64,000 nucleotides of DNA from Octopus sinensis (lineage: Eukaryota). This document shows positions 23,780-36,766 of this stretch, in pieces. The notes beneath the pieces were generated by a model, which was not told the DNA's origin, did no database searches, and saw only the letters and a list, made by a program, of their open reading frames with translations. The stretch is taken from assembly GCF_006345805.1 (NCBI RefSeq), contig NC_043008.1:22878001-22942000 (forward strand), written 5' to 3'. Position numbers and translations under genes: made by a program. Numbering within the stretch: the first letter of the stretch is position 1; each line of letters begins with the position of its first letter.

Positions 23780-23837
23780 AGGAAGAGGAAGAAGCGCAGC
23801 GCTGGCAATAATGGTCAAAGTAATTTTAATAGTCATT

Positions 23838-25235
23838 ATCATCATCATCATCATCATTTAACGTCCGTTGTCCGTGTTGGAATGGGCTGGGCAGTTTGAC
23901 TGGGCTGGCGGCACGCTGGAAGGCTGCACCAGACTCCAGTTTGATTTGGCAAGGTTTTTTTTTCTATGGCTCTATACCCTTCCTAACACCAACCACTCCA
24001 AGAGTGTGTAATGGATGCGTTTACATGTCACCAGCACGGGTGCCGTCTGTGTGACACCGGGGTGCATTTACGCCCCACTGGCACAGGTGCCAATTTGCGT
24101 GACACCAGTATCTGCCACAACTGTGATTTTGCTCGGCTTGATAGGTCTTCTTCTGAAGCACGACATAGTGCCAAAGGTTTTGGTCACTGCCTCCGAGAGG
24201 CCCAACACTCAAAAGGAACTCAGCACGGGTGCACTTGGCTTGACCGGTCCTCTCAAGCACAGTACATCACTAAAAGTCTCAGTCATTAGCCATTGCCTCT
24301 GTGACGCTCAAAGTTCGAAGATCATGCTTCACCACCTCATCCCAAATCTTCCTAGGCCTACCTCTACCACAGGTTCCCTCCACAGTTAGAGATCGGCACT
24401 TCTTCACACAGCTGTCCTCGTCCATACACATCGCATGACCATACCAGCAGTGTCATCTCTTTTGCACACCACATCTGATTCCTCTTATGCCTAACTTTTC
24501 TCTCAAGACGCTTACACTCTGTCGAACATGCACACTGACATTGCACATCCAGCGAAGCATACTGACTTCATTTCTTTCAAGCCTATGCATGTCCTTGACT
24601 GTCAGCCCATGTTTCACTGCCATGCAGCATAGCTGTCCGCACACAGACATCAAACAATCTGCATTTTTACTCTGAGGCTCTTTGTTGCCAGCAGGGGTAG
24701 GAGCTCTCCAAACTTTGCCCAGCCTTATCTTATTCTCACAGCTACACTCACGGAGCATCCACCTCCACTACTAACTTGGTCACTTGGATAACGGAAGCTG
24801 TCAACTACATCTAATTTGCCCTCCTGGAGTCTATTTTCTACACATTTTGAGCGTTTATTGTGCCTTTGCACCTTCCACATACAAAAGTAACTTTCCCTGT
24901 TAACCTTCCTCTGATGTTACTGCAGCCCTTATGTGTCCAAAGCTTACACTGGGTGCATCCTATGGAGTTTCTACCGACACCTTTTCTACAGATTGAGCAG
25001 GGCCATCTACCTGAAGGGATTTGGGATTTGTTTGCCTTCCTACTTACTATGACTTTGGTTTTTGCTAGGTTAACTCTAAGGCTCTTTGATTCTAGATCTT
25101 GCTTCCATACTTGGAACTTCTTCTCTAGTTCAGCATAGAGGAGCTCCCAGGGGCAGCCTGTCTTGAATTCATCTGTTATTGCCTGGAGTACATTTTTGTC
25201 AGAAAAGAGAGCAATACTCATAACACTTTTCAGGA
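23838..25235 (-). mobile_element. 5'-truncated RTE-clade LINE with PHD-like finger
   Basis: LQAITDEFKTGCPWELLYA..LRVNLAKTKV; CSIC-x10-CTQC-x4-H-x2-C-x14-CGRC; RLERNEVSMLRWMC. A family-C-like 3' UTR and (GAT)n tail follow. Confidence 0.88.
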
Positions 25236-26187
25236 TCTCCAGAGCTCATAGAACTGAGGATGGGAAGTGTCTTCAAAGTGAAAACCTGGCCTAAATGACT
25301 GCATTACTATGGGTCCCACAAAAGGCTCTGATGATACCAGCCAAGTTTGGTAGTGTTAGGTTAGGTTATATAAAAACTCAACTTTTTGCTCATTATACGT
25401 CTTTGGTTTCATACGTTTTAAGGTCTAGCCACAGACCACACAAGACACAGCCAGTTCCAACGACAACACCACAGCAACCACGTTGAGACTTACCAACTCT
25501 GTCCAACAACATTACGGCAACCTCCATCTTCGTCGCCACCATCATCTTCTTAACGCCGTCAACATCATCTCTCTACGTACACAACTCAATAAGCAATTCG
25601 CCCAGGTTCTAACGCTTCTCTGTTCGTGAATTACTTCACCATGGATCAACAGCGTAAACACAACCTACAAGAATTTCTGTATCAAGTGACCAGGCAGCAG
25701 CATCGCAGCCACGACTTCACGTATGACATGTACTTGTAACCAGCTCAGCATTATTGCTGCAACTTCTTGATACAGTATTTCAATTACCGTGTACTAATGA
25801 CTATGAACTGATATTAATTATCTTACTTGGGTCTATGAATATTCTTCTCACTTTCCTATATAGATTATTTCACTGTTTTTCTTCTCCATTGCTATTCATA
25901 TATGTTCTTAATACGCGCGTACAGCTGTGCTTACACACATACATTTGTTCTCATGACGGCCTGTCTATTATTCTGTATAGATGATGCACACACAGACATA
26001 CATGTTAACATATCAATAAATCTTCCCTTAATCATTCTATGCGGTTGTGTCTCTCTTGTTCTCACTGGCACTTATATGTATTATTCAATTTATAGTTATT
26101 GTATCGACCATGTGATGTACTAAAAAGCCATTCTCGTCACCTTGCATCGCACGGTCTCTTACAGAATTATCGTCAGCTCAAACGACG

Positions 26188-29100
26188 ATGGTATCTACCA
26201 TGAATCATCCTGTATTACCAATTTTCACAGGAGACATTGCTGTCTGGTTTGTCCAGTTGAAAGCGTTTTTTCTCTCTGCAAACAAACACAATTCAGACCA
26301 ACAATAGCTCTACATTTTACTTAGCTATATACCATCATCATTAACTGGAGAATTGCGAGCTATTATTACAGCTCCACCAGCAGTTGCAACGTATTCATCA
26401 ATCAAAATTGAAATTTTAAAACGAACCTCGCTCTCTTCTGAAAAGAAGTTTTCAGAAACTTCTCAACGACGAGAGTTTAGTAGACCGAACACCATAGCAG
26501 ATGCTCAACAAAATGCGGCAGCTCACTCTGCTGAAAGTAAGTTGCTTAAACAACTCTTTTCCTCCAAATTACCACAGTATGTTCAAGGTATTCTCACTCA
26601 TTTGATCGACGTTAGCACAGTCGACCAGCTTGCAGCGTCAGCAGATAAAATTTTGGAGTACACAAAATCATCTCCAGAACAGAACAACTCTCCTTTGCCA
26701 GTTGCTATAGTTTCCTCTGAATTTAAAGAATTCCGTGAATCTACGCAGAAGAATATAGACAAGCTATTCGCAGAAGTTCATCTCTTGTGTATCAACAGAA
26801 ATTCTTCACCGCGTCGGTATCGTCATTCTAATTCCCGTTCTCCCAGCAGATCAAAACCTTTTTGTTGGCATCATTATAAGTTTGGTTCTTCAGCTAAGAA
26901 ATGTATTTCACCTTATACATTTAAAACTCAGGAAAACTTAAAAAGCCGAACTCCGAGCATGACCGCAGTTCCTGGCACGTTTTCTCCTTGTTGCACATTT
27001 TCATACTAGATTTCGAGTCTAAGAAGGAATTTCTAGTTGATTCTGGAGTGTCCTGCAGTATATGGCCGTCTAGATTTGTTAAAGAAAAACTTTTCACTTC
27101 TGGCATATCTCTCCAAGCAGTCAACAGCTCTCCTAGTAAAACTTTCGGTGAGATTTCACTCACACTGGACCTGAATCTCAGACGAAGTTTCCAGTGGATT
27201 TTCATCATTGCCGTCCTTCCTCACCCAATTTTAGGAGCTGATTTTCTCCACCATTTTTCACTATTAGTGGATGTCAAAAGAAAGAGACTTATTGATAGCA
27301 GTACACAGTTATGCGCTTAAGGAAGACATTTCAATTCCACTTCTGTCAGCCCACTTTTTTTTATTGCGGCTGAACCAGACACATATCAAGCCGTGTTTCA
27401 ATTCTATCCTGAGTGAACAGATTTGACTTTCGATATTAATGCTTCAACTCGTACAACTACTCATTATATAACCACCAACGGATCTTCCGTTTTCTCGCGT
27501 CCTAGATGTTTACCACCTGAAAAACTCAAAGCTGCTAAAGCAGAATTCAGCCATATGCTGCAGCTTGGAACAATTCGTCCTTCAAAGAGTAGCTGCTCAT
27601 CAACACTCCACTTAGTGAAAAAGAAATCTGATGATTTTAGACCTACTGGTGACTATAGATGACTCAACTCTATTACCACTCCAGATAGGAATCCTGTACC
27701 ACATAATCAAGATTTTGCATCTTCTCTGCATGGTTGCACTATTTTCTCAAAAATAGATTTCATACGAGCATACCTATTTCTTTACTACCCACAAGGGGCT
27801 AAACACGGAGGAGACAAACAAGGACAGACAGACGGATTAAGTTGATTATGTCATCCCAGTGCGTAACTGGTACTTAATTTATCGACCCCGAAAGGATGAA
27901 AGGCAAAGTCGACCTCGGCGGAATTTGAACTCAGAACGTAACAGCACAAACGAAATACGGCTACGCATTTCGCCCGGCGTGCTAACGTTTCTGCCAGCTC
28001 GCCGCCTTAGATTTGATACGAGCATACGATCAGATTCCTGTAAACCCAAATGATATTCCGAAAACGGCTATCGCAACTCTATTCGGGTCATTTGAATTTC
28101 TTACCATGTCCTTTGGGTTAAAGAACGCCGCCAATACTTTTCAACGTTTCTTTGATGAAGTAATACGTGGATTAGATTCTGTCTATGCTTATAATGACGA
28201 CCTTCTCATCGTCAGTTCTTCTGAGAAAGAGCATGAGATTCATTTGAAGCAACTATTCGAAAGGCCTTCTCAATACAAAATTCCTATCAACTCTACCCAA
28301 TATATTTTCGGTGTGCCTTCTCTCGCTTTCCTTCGCCACACCATTAATAAGGATGGGATTAGGCCTTTGCCAGAAAAGGTTGAGCCTATCGTAAAAATTC
28401 TAGTTCCTGCGTCATTAAGACAGCTCAGTCAATTTCTTGGATTAGTTAATTTCTATGGACGTTTTATACCTCGTTGCGCTGAAACTTTATACTCTCTCAG
28501 CAAATTGCTGCAACACTGCAAGAAGAGAACAGAAAAGATTACTTTAGCTCCTGCTGAAGTACAAGCTTTGAACGATGTTAAACAGAAACTCTCTCGTGTC
28601 TCCATGCTGGCTCATCCCATTCCTGATGCGAAATTTCTCTTGCAGTTGATGTGTCCGAAATTGGTGTCGACGCAGTCATTCAATAATTCCACTATGGTGA
28701 ACTGCAGCCTCTTGTGATTTTCTCTAACCAGTTAAAACCAGCTGAAACTAAATATAGCTAATTCAGTCGTGAACTGTTAACTATTTATCTTTCAGTTAAA
28801 CATTTCCAACACATTTTGGAAGGGAGAAACTTCACAATGTTTATAGATTATAAGTCGTTATCTTTTGCTTTACACTGCAAGCCAGATAAATTTTCTCCGA
28901 GAGACATTTGACATTTGGAGTACATTTAACAGTTCACGAGTGATATACGATACATTCTAGGTTCTGAGAACATTGTTGCAGATTCTTTATCCCGTTTATC
29001 TGTCAACGCGTTATTTTCGACTGCAGAAATTAACTTGGACGAAATGTCTGAAGATCAACCATCCGTTGATTTAAATAATATATACAACAACCAGAACTTA

Positions 29101-29568
29101 TTCCTTTTGACCTCCAATTTTTCCCAGTTGCAACATCAAACAAATAGATCGTTCGCGATTTTCCTTCTGGTAAACCTCTCCCTTTAGTTCTTCAAAAGCA
29201 TCTCCGTATCATTTTCTCAGCGCTACACAATATTTCACATCCTGGTATAACAGCAACATTGAAGCTTATTTCACCTCGTTTCGTTTGGCCGAACAAGCGT
29301 CGATACATAGCTGATTGAACTCGTACCTGTGTCGATTGTCAAAGATCCAAGGTACATAAACATATCCGTGCACGGTTAGGAACTTTCTCCACTCCAGATG
29401 CACGATTCCAGCACATACATGTTGAGATAGTAGGACCTTATCCTGCGAGTCAGGGCTACACGTTTTTATTAACCTGTATCGATCATTTTTCCCGCTGGCC
29501 AGAAGCCATTTCACTCACAGATATCTTTTTTCTAACTGTGTCACAAGCTTTAGTCACAGGATGGATCT
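26188..29568 (+). mobile_element. Ty3/Gypsy internal region (gag-PR-RT-RH-partial IN), defective and 3'-truncated
   Basis: gag WFVQL and CWHHYKFGSSAKKC; protease FLVDSG; RT FGLKNAANTFQR and YNDDLL; RNase H RELL.IY; integrase HPG..C..CQ and IDHFSRWPEA. Many frameshifts. Confidence 0.92.
27774..28007 (-). mobile_element. SINE family D inserted in the Gypsy RT
   Basis: 20-bp TSD tagattt(c/g)atacgagcatac at 27754-27773 and 28008-28027. Confidence 0.92.
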
Positions 29569-30478
29569 GTAGTGGGAAAGATGTAGCAAAAGATGTTGAG
29601 ATAGGAGATAAGATAGGCATGTGGACGACATCAAAGCAAAACAATAGGAAATCATCGGATTGTGCATTAAATAATTTATTTAATCGACACTTGCATTTAC
29701 TTGTTGTATACACCAAAACATTCACTATATAACATCACCAACTTGTTTCGCGTTGGTGAAGAAGAAAATAAACAGGGAAAATATTGTGTCGATGTGATGA
29801 GGTAGAACCGAGCATGTTTTGTGTGTGTGTGTGTGTGTGTGTGTGCGTGGGTCATTCAGTGGTGTCTGTTTATGTTCTGCCACTGCTCCTGTGTTGGGTC
29901 ATTCATGCTGAATATGTGGTTCTATGTTAGCTGCTTGACTGGCGCAAGTTACTTGCTGGCTGTCTGCTTGGTGATGGCTCTCTGCCTCTGTCGTACGTCT
30001 GACTGTATTTATAATAGTCATGACAGCTAGAAGGACAGATATATACCACAAGAGTAATTTCTACTTATATAGGTCGCATCCTGTACACTTGAACCTTAAA
30101 TGACACGACTCATGTTGTAGGTCAAAGGGAATTCCATCCATCACTTTTTGACAGGGCAAAGAAATTTCTTTCGCGCCTGTTTGACCAGTGGTGGATCAGA
30201 CGAGCGAGAATCCTCAGATTCGGTTTCGAATCTAAGCTCGGAAAAAAGGAAGTGTTAGTTTTTACACTACCCCACTTCAAGTGAGAAAGCCACAGAGATA
30301 GAACGATACAGATCCGTGTGATATTGAAAATGTGTGATTTTGTGTGTAATGCAGAGAAATGGATACAGTGTGATTTACAGACAAATGAATATATGCCAAA
30401 AACATGGGAAGTGAAAGAAATGAAAACAAAAATTATGTAAAGCAAAATATCAACGTTCAGAGTTGGTGTGTGCAATAT

Positions 30479-30643
30479 ATAGGCGCAGGAGTGGCTGTGT
30501 GGTAAGTAGCTTGCTAACCAACCACATGGTTCCGGGTTCAGTCCCACTGCGTGGAATCTTGGGCAAGTGTCTTCTGCTATAGCCCCGGGCCGACCAATGC
30601 CTTGTGAGTGGATTTGGTAGACGGAAACTGAAAGAAGCCTGTC

Positions 30644-30730
<87 letters not shown>

Positions 30731-30960
30731 ATGTATGTGTTTGTGTGTCTGTGTTTGTCCCCCTAGCATTGCTTGACAACCGATGCTGGTGTGTTTACGT
30801 CCCCGTAACTTAGCGGTTCGGCAAAAGGAGACTGATAGAATAAGTACTGGGCTTACAAAGAATAAGTCCCGGGGTCGATTTGCTCGACTAAAGGCGGTGC
30901 TCCAGTATGGCCGCAGTCAAATGACTGAAACAAGTAAAAGAGAAAAGATAAAGAGAAAGA
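30479..30960 (+). mobile_element. SINE family A, full length
   Basis: aggcgcaggagtggctgtgtggtaag ... gaaacaagtaaaagag. Confidence 0.88.
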
Positions 30961-31257
30961 GAAAGAGATATGTTAGGCAATGTGTATATGCCTAGGCAGA
31001 AGCATAAATGTAATTATACTGGCGTGTTGAAAGAGATATGCAGCTCTATTGAGGCAGAAGCATAAATGTAATTATACTGGCGTGTTGAAAGAGATATGCA
31101 GCTCTATTGATTACGCGACCCGCTAGGGGTTTAATAGACGTAATTTATCTTTCAGGCGCAGAGAGCAAGTGATAGCACACGTTAGAATATGAGTGGTGTA
31201 AGTGTGTGTAAGCATACAGGTGTGATGTAGAGAGCACTTTTAAAACAAAGCAAAACA

Positions 31258-31662
31258 TAGGCGCAGGAGTGGCTGTGTGGTAAGTAGCTTGTTTACTAGC
31301 CACATGGTTCCGGGTTCAGTCCCACTGCGTGGCACCTTGGGCAAGTGTCTTCTACTATAGCCTCGGGCCGACCAAAGCCTTGTGAGTGGATTTGGTAGAT
31401 GGAAACTGAAAGAAGCCCGTCGTATATATGTATATATATGTATATGTGTGTGTATGAGTTTGTATGTCTGTGTTTGTCCCCCCAACATCACTTGACAGCC
31501 GATGCTGGTGTGTTTATGTCCCCGTTACTTAGCGGTTCGGCAAAGAGACCGATAGAATAAGTACTGGGCTTACAAAGAATAAGTCTCGGGGTCAAGTTGC
31601 TCGACTAAAGGCGGTGCTCCAGCATGGCCGCAGTCAAAATGACTGAAACAAGTAACAGAGTA
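31258..31662 (+). mobile_element. SINE family A, full length
   Basis: Same consensus as the other family A copies. Confidence 0.88.
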
Positions 31663-31814
31663 AAAAAAAAAGTATAATGTACATGCAAGAAAAATGAAAA
31701 TGTTCATGGAAAAAGTTCGTTTGGTGAAATGTTCAGTCAGTTCAGTTAGTAGAACAATGTTCATAAAAAATGTTTTTCGTTGATATAGAAAAATGGGGTT
31801 TTTTTTATACAAAA

Positions 31815-32212
31815 CTAGCAGTATCGCCCGGCGTTGCTCGGGTTTGTAAGGGAAATAACTATATAAGCATTTTTAGAGAGTTATAGCCCAAAAAATAGCA
31901 AAAAATGCATTAAAAATGGAAAAAAATGATGGTAAATTTTTTTTTAAATCGTTGACTCATCGTAGACATTTTTAGAGAGTTACTTCCCTTATATAATAGC
32001 GAAAAAAATGCATTAAAATGGAAAAAAATGATGGTAATTTTTTTTTTTAATCGTAGACTCATCGTAGACACGCGCTAATACCCAGAAGGGCTCGATATGA
32101 ATCACGACTATAAGATACCCGGTTTTGGTTACACTGCACCGCAAAATGTGGGAGTAGTTAGGAATCTAAATCGTAGGAGACAGACACACAACTTGACTTT
32201 TATATATAAAGA
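31815..32212 (-). mobile_element. Non-autonomous Helitron, complete
   Basis: Minus strand runs A|TC...cccgagcaacgccggg hairpin...CTAG|T, with no TSD. Confidence 0.85.
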
Positions 32213-32617
32213 TGTTCTTTGTTTTCTTTTGGTTTGTATGCGGGTGAGTCACTTGGGTTGTGTACGAGTAAATTGTTCATAACTATAAGGAAAAAAAACA
32301 ACTACTATTCCTCATGATGGGGTGAGAGTAGGCATAGAGATGGTGAGGGCAATGGTAAAGACAGAAAGAAAAAGAGAGGGAGGGTAAGAGAGACAGAGAA
32401 ATTTAGGGAGAGTTGATGATATTTTAATAAAAGTAGTAGTGTTGATGGTGGCAGTGGGAGTAATAATAAAAGACAGAGAGAAGGAGTGGGTATGTGAGAG
32501 TAAGAGAGAGATGATGTACAATTTTTTTAAGCATGTCTCTTTGACAGAAATTCCTGTTGCTAACATACTGAACACTATCTTTTTTGTTTATCTTTTCCTT
32601 TCTTTGATACATATATA

Positions 32618-32990
32618 TAGGTGTAGGTGTGGCCGTGTGGTAAGAAGCTTGCTTCTTATCTACATGGTTCCGGGTTCAGTCCCACTGCGTAGCACCTTGG
32701 GCAAGTGTCTTGCACTGCGGCCTCGGGTCGACCAAAGCCTTGTGAGTGGATTTGGTAGACGGAAACTAAAAGAAGCCCGTCGTATATATATATGTATGCA
32801 TGTGTTTGTTATTTGTGTCTGTGTTTGTCGTCCCACTATCGCTTGACAACCGATGTTGGTGTGTTTACGTCCCCATAACTTAATGGTTCAGCGATAGAAT
32901 AAGTACTAGGCTTACAAAGAATAAGTCCTGGGGTCGATTAGTCCAGCATGGCTGCAGTCAAATGACTGAAACAAGTAAAAGAATAAAAGA
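32618..32990 (+). mobile_element. SINE family A, diverged
   Basis: Consensus match with deletions. Confidence 0.75.
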
Positions 32991-33004
32991 ATAAAAGAAA
33001 AAAG

Positions 33005-33041
<37 letters not shown>

Positions 33042-33606
33042 AAATACACTTTAACCGAAATAAAGTTTCCCCAAAATCAAACATATCTAATATAATAAAT
33101 GCAAATGTCAGTGTATCACATTTTGGCAACTTTAATAAATCTTTTCTACTGGAAGCAGAGGGCCTCAAATTTTGGGGGAAGAGATTAAGGTGATTACATC
33201 AACCCTAGTACGTAACTGGTACTAATTTTATTGACCCCGAAAAGATGAAAGGCTAAGTTGACCTCGGCGGAATTCAAACTCAAAACCTAACGGCAGACGA
33301 AATACCATTAAGCATTTTGCCTTAGCATAATATAATATAATATAATATAATATAATATAATATAATATAATATAATATAATATAATAATATAATAAATGT
33401 GTGTCAGTGTGTCACACTTTTTCAGCTTTACTCCTACAGGCTGTAACCCAACATATCATACCATTTTGGAATCAGGCTGACTCTGTGAGTAAATTAAAAA
33501 CATTCCGGGCTGAATCCGGACCCACAATACTGAAATTTTGGATTCCTATGTTTTCATTACTGCAATTATTTTCGGTGATTTTTTTTTACACGATTTTTTT
33601 TTTTGC

Positions 33607-33693
33607 GACGAATATGATCACCATTGGGATATGACCCTGGAGGAAGCCATTGCAACAAAATCTCCAAAACAAATCAGAGATCTGTTTGAAGAT
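33607..33693 (+). pseudogene. Helitron RepHel coding relic
   Basis: DEYDHHWDMTLEEAIATKSPKQIRDLF resembles the DD..W..TL.EA.....P..LR.LF linker motif. Confidence 0.55.
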
Positions 33694-33734
33694 CTTCCCA
33701 TTCGGGGTCAGTTGCTTAAGAGCTAGTACACACA

Positions 33735-34152
33735 TAGGCGCAGGAGTGGCTGTTTGGTAAGTAGCTTGCTAACCAACCACATGGTTCCGGGTTCAGTCCC
33801 ACTGCGTGGCATCTTGGGCACGTGTCTTCTGCTATAGCCCCGGGCCGACCAATGCCTTGTGAGTGGATTTGGTAGACGGAAACTGAAAGAAGCCTGTCGT
33901 ATATATGTATATATATATAAGTGTGTGTGAATATGTTTGTGTGTCTGTGTTTGTTCCCCTAGCATTGCTTGACAACCGATGCTGGTGTGTTTACGTCCCC
34001 GTAACTTAGCGGTTTGGCAAAAGAGACCGATAGAATAAGTACTGGGCTTACAAAGAATAAGTCCCGGGGTCGATTTGCTCGACTAAAGGCGGTGCTCCAG
34101 CATGGCCGCGGTCAAATGACTGAAACAAATAAAAAGAGTAAAAAGAGTAAAG
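33735..34152 (+). mobile_element. SINE family A, full length
   Basis: Consensus match. Confidence 0.88.
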
Positions 34153-34749
34153 AAAAAGAGTACACACACATATATAGATAGACAGATATATAGATATGTG
34201 TGATAAGCTTCTTTCAGTTTCTGTTTACCAAATTCACTCACAAAGCTATTAATAGAAGACACTTGCTCAAGGTACCACACAATGGGACTGAACCCAGAAC
34301 CATGTGATTGCAAGGCAAACTGCTTTCCACCCACCCACTTGAATTTGCTAAATATATATATATTTTCCTATTACTGTAGTAAAAAAATATTTAGTAGCAT
34401 TTCTAAACGTGCCAATTCTGGTTAAAACATCTTTCATGTACTGACGAAACATGTCCTGAAACAAGATATCCTGTTTCTACTGTGAGACCATTATCATTTA
34501 AGTCGGTGGGATTTTTATGTGACAACACTTTTGTACAACTAGTTATAATCATGAGATACTCTTACAAGGAATCTAAATTTTTAGCCAACCACTTAACAAG
34601 CATTAAAACATAGTAAATCTTTCAATCAAACGATAAAATAGATATTCTAAAGTAGGTCTCTTCTGACAAGTTATCCATATTGATCATTTCTACCAAATTG
34701 GTATCAGATATTGCAGCATTATTTTTTAAAATTAATAATTGTTGATGTT

Positions 34750-35049
34750 TGTTCCTTCTCAAGCCATGCCTGGCTCATAAAGGCCGGTTTCCCGGTTTCC
34801 TTGGCGTATAGGTTCCCCACCTGGTCGGGGACACTGGTCGGTCGCAGGTGAGCTGCAAGATGCAGGAGGAAAGAGTGAGAGAAAGTTGTGGCAAAAGAGT
34901 CAGCAGAAGTTCGCCATTACTTTCTGCCGGAGCCGCATGAAGCTTAGGTGTTTCGCTCATAAACACACACATCGCCCGGTGTGAGATTCGAACCCGCGAT
35001 CCCTCGACCGTGAGTCCGCTGCTCTAACCACTAGGCCATGTGTCTCCAC
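34750..35049 (-). mobile_element. SINE with family-B-like head and centre but a different tail
   Basis: Shares gagtgagagaaagttgtgg...gtgtttcgctc with B. Tail ggcgtataggttccccacc is shared with 57080. Confidence 0.75.
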
Positions 35050-35327
35050 TATTGCAGCATTGTACAATCTTCATTCATTTCTTGTTTTCACACACAACAA
35101 AATAATTTGATTTCTGTCCCAAGATGTCCAAATCATTGTTTCTTAGTATTTTATCCATTTTACTCTCATGGATCTACTTCTTTTACCAATTCTTCAACTG
35201 ATCAGCTTTATAATTTCAATAACAAAAAAAAAAAATTATTTGCTAGTTCAGCTGCAAAGGTTACTGAAAGGTGAAAAGTAACCAATCCAACTGTTTTAAG
35301 AACTTCATAGGTTTCTGTCTAAACTAT

Positions 35328-35714
35328 GGAATGGAAGCACTCTGTCGGTTACGATGACGAGGGTTCCGGTTGATCCGATCAACAGAACAGACTGCTCGTG
35401 AAATTAACGTGTAAGTGGCTGAGCACTCCACAGACACGTGTACCCTTAACGTAGTTCTCGGAGATATTCAGCGTGACACAGAGAGTGACAAGGCCGGCCC
35501 TTTGAAATACAGGTACAACAGAAACAGGAAGTAAGAGTGAGAGAAAGTTGTGGTGTAAGAGTGCAGCCGGGATCACCACCATCCCTGCCGGAGCCTCGTG
35601 GAGCTTTAGGTGTTTTCGCTCAATAAACACTCACAACGCCCGGTCTGGGAATCGAAACAGTGATCCTACGACCGCGAGTCCGCTGCCCTAACCACTGGGC
35701 CATTGCGCCTCCAC
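35328..35714 (-). mobile_element. SINE family B
   Basis: Perfect 12-bp TSD tgtctaaactat. Confidence 0.9.
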
Positions 35715-36380
35715 TGTCTAAACTATACTTTAGGTTTAAAAATGTAGCAACTGTATGTTCATAGATCGCCCATCTAGGCTTAAATAGTCAGAAAATGGCT
35801 CATATACTGATGTGTTTCAGTCTCCATTTGCGTATGTATGCTTGTCTGTTCTTGTAACCTATTTACCTATCCGTCTGTATGTTGATCTGTTTATTTTCAT
35901 ATCTATATGCTTACATACAAAAAAAGTGCATACACACACACATACATACATTTATCTACCTAACAGTCCACTAACTATTCTACTCTACCTGTGTAAACTG
36001 TGGGAATGGAGGTATGGTATCTACTATGTATATTTCTTATTTAGTATTGGGGAGGTTTCATTTATAAGGACGTACTCCCGTATTTGTCTGAGTGTTGGGT
36101 CTTTTGGGTGCTTGGATAAGATGCAGATGTCAAGTTGACCCAAGTTACCTCCATGGTGATCTTTGGCATGCTGGTAGAGTATGGAAGACTGTTTTCCGTC
36201 ATCATATTGTCTTAGATGTTCATTTATTCATTCCGCAATGCTCCTAGATGTCTCCCCTATGTACGTCATGTTCACTGGTTTTCTATGATTGGTCACATAA
36301 CCTGGTCATGTGATGGTGTAATACATTGACCGAGTCCATCGTTGAGATTGGATATGTTAGTTGTCCAATCGAATCACATG

Positions 36381-36766
36381 GTAGGAGCACTCCGTCGGTT
36401 GCGACGATGAGTGTCCCAGCTGATACGATCAACGGAACAGCTTGCTCGTGATATTAACGTGCAAATGGCTGAGCACTCCACAGACACGTGTACCCTTAAC
36501 GTAGTTCTCGAGGAGATTCAGCGTGACACAGAGTGTGACAAGGCTGGCCCTTTGAAATACAGGTACAAGAGAAACAGGAACAAAGAGCGAGAGAAAGTTG
36601 TGGTGAAAGAGTACAGCAGGAATCACCACCATCCCCTGCCGGAGCCTCGTGGAGCTTTTAGGTGTTTTCGCTCAATAAACACTCACAATGCCCGGTCTGG
36701 GAATCGAAACCGCGATCCTCCGACCGCGAGTCCGCTGCCCTAACCACTGGGCCATTGCGCCTCCAC
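36381..36766 (-). mobile_element. SINE family B
   Basis: Perfect 11-bp TSD cgaatcacatg. Confidence 0.9.

Noticed and set aside
25277-26187. Possible 5' LTR and primer-binding site of the Gypsy element
   Set aside because: There is no second LTR for comparison and no clear TG...CA boundary or PBS.
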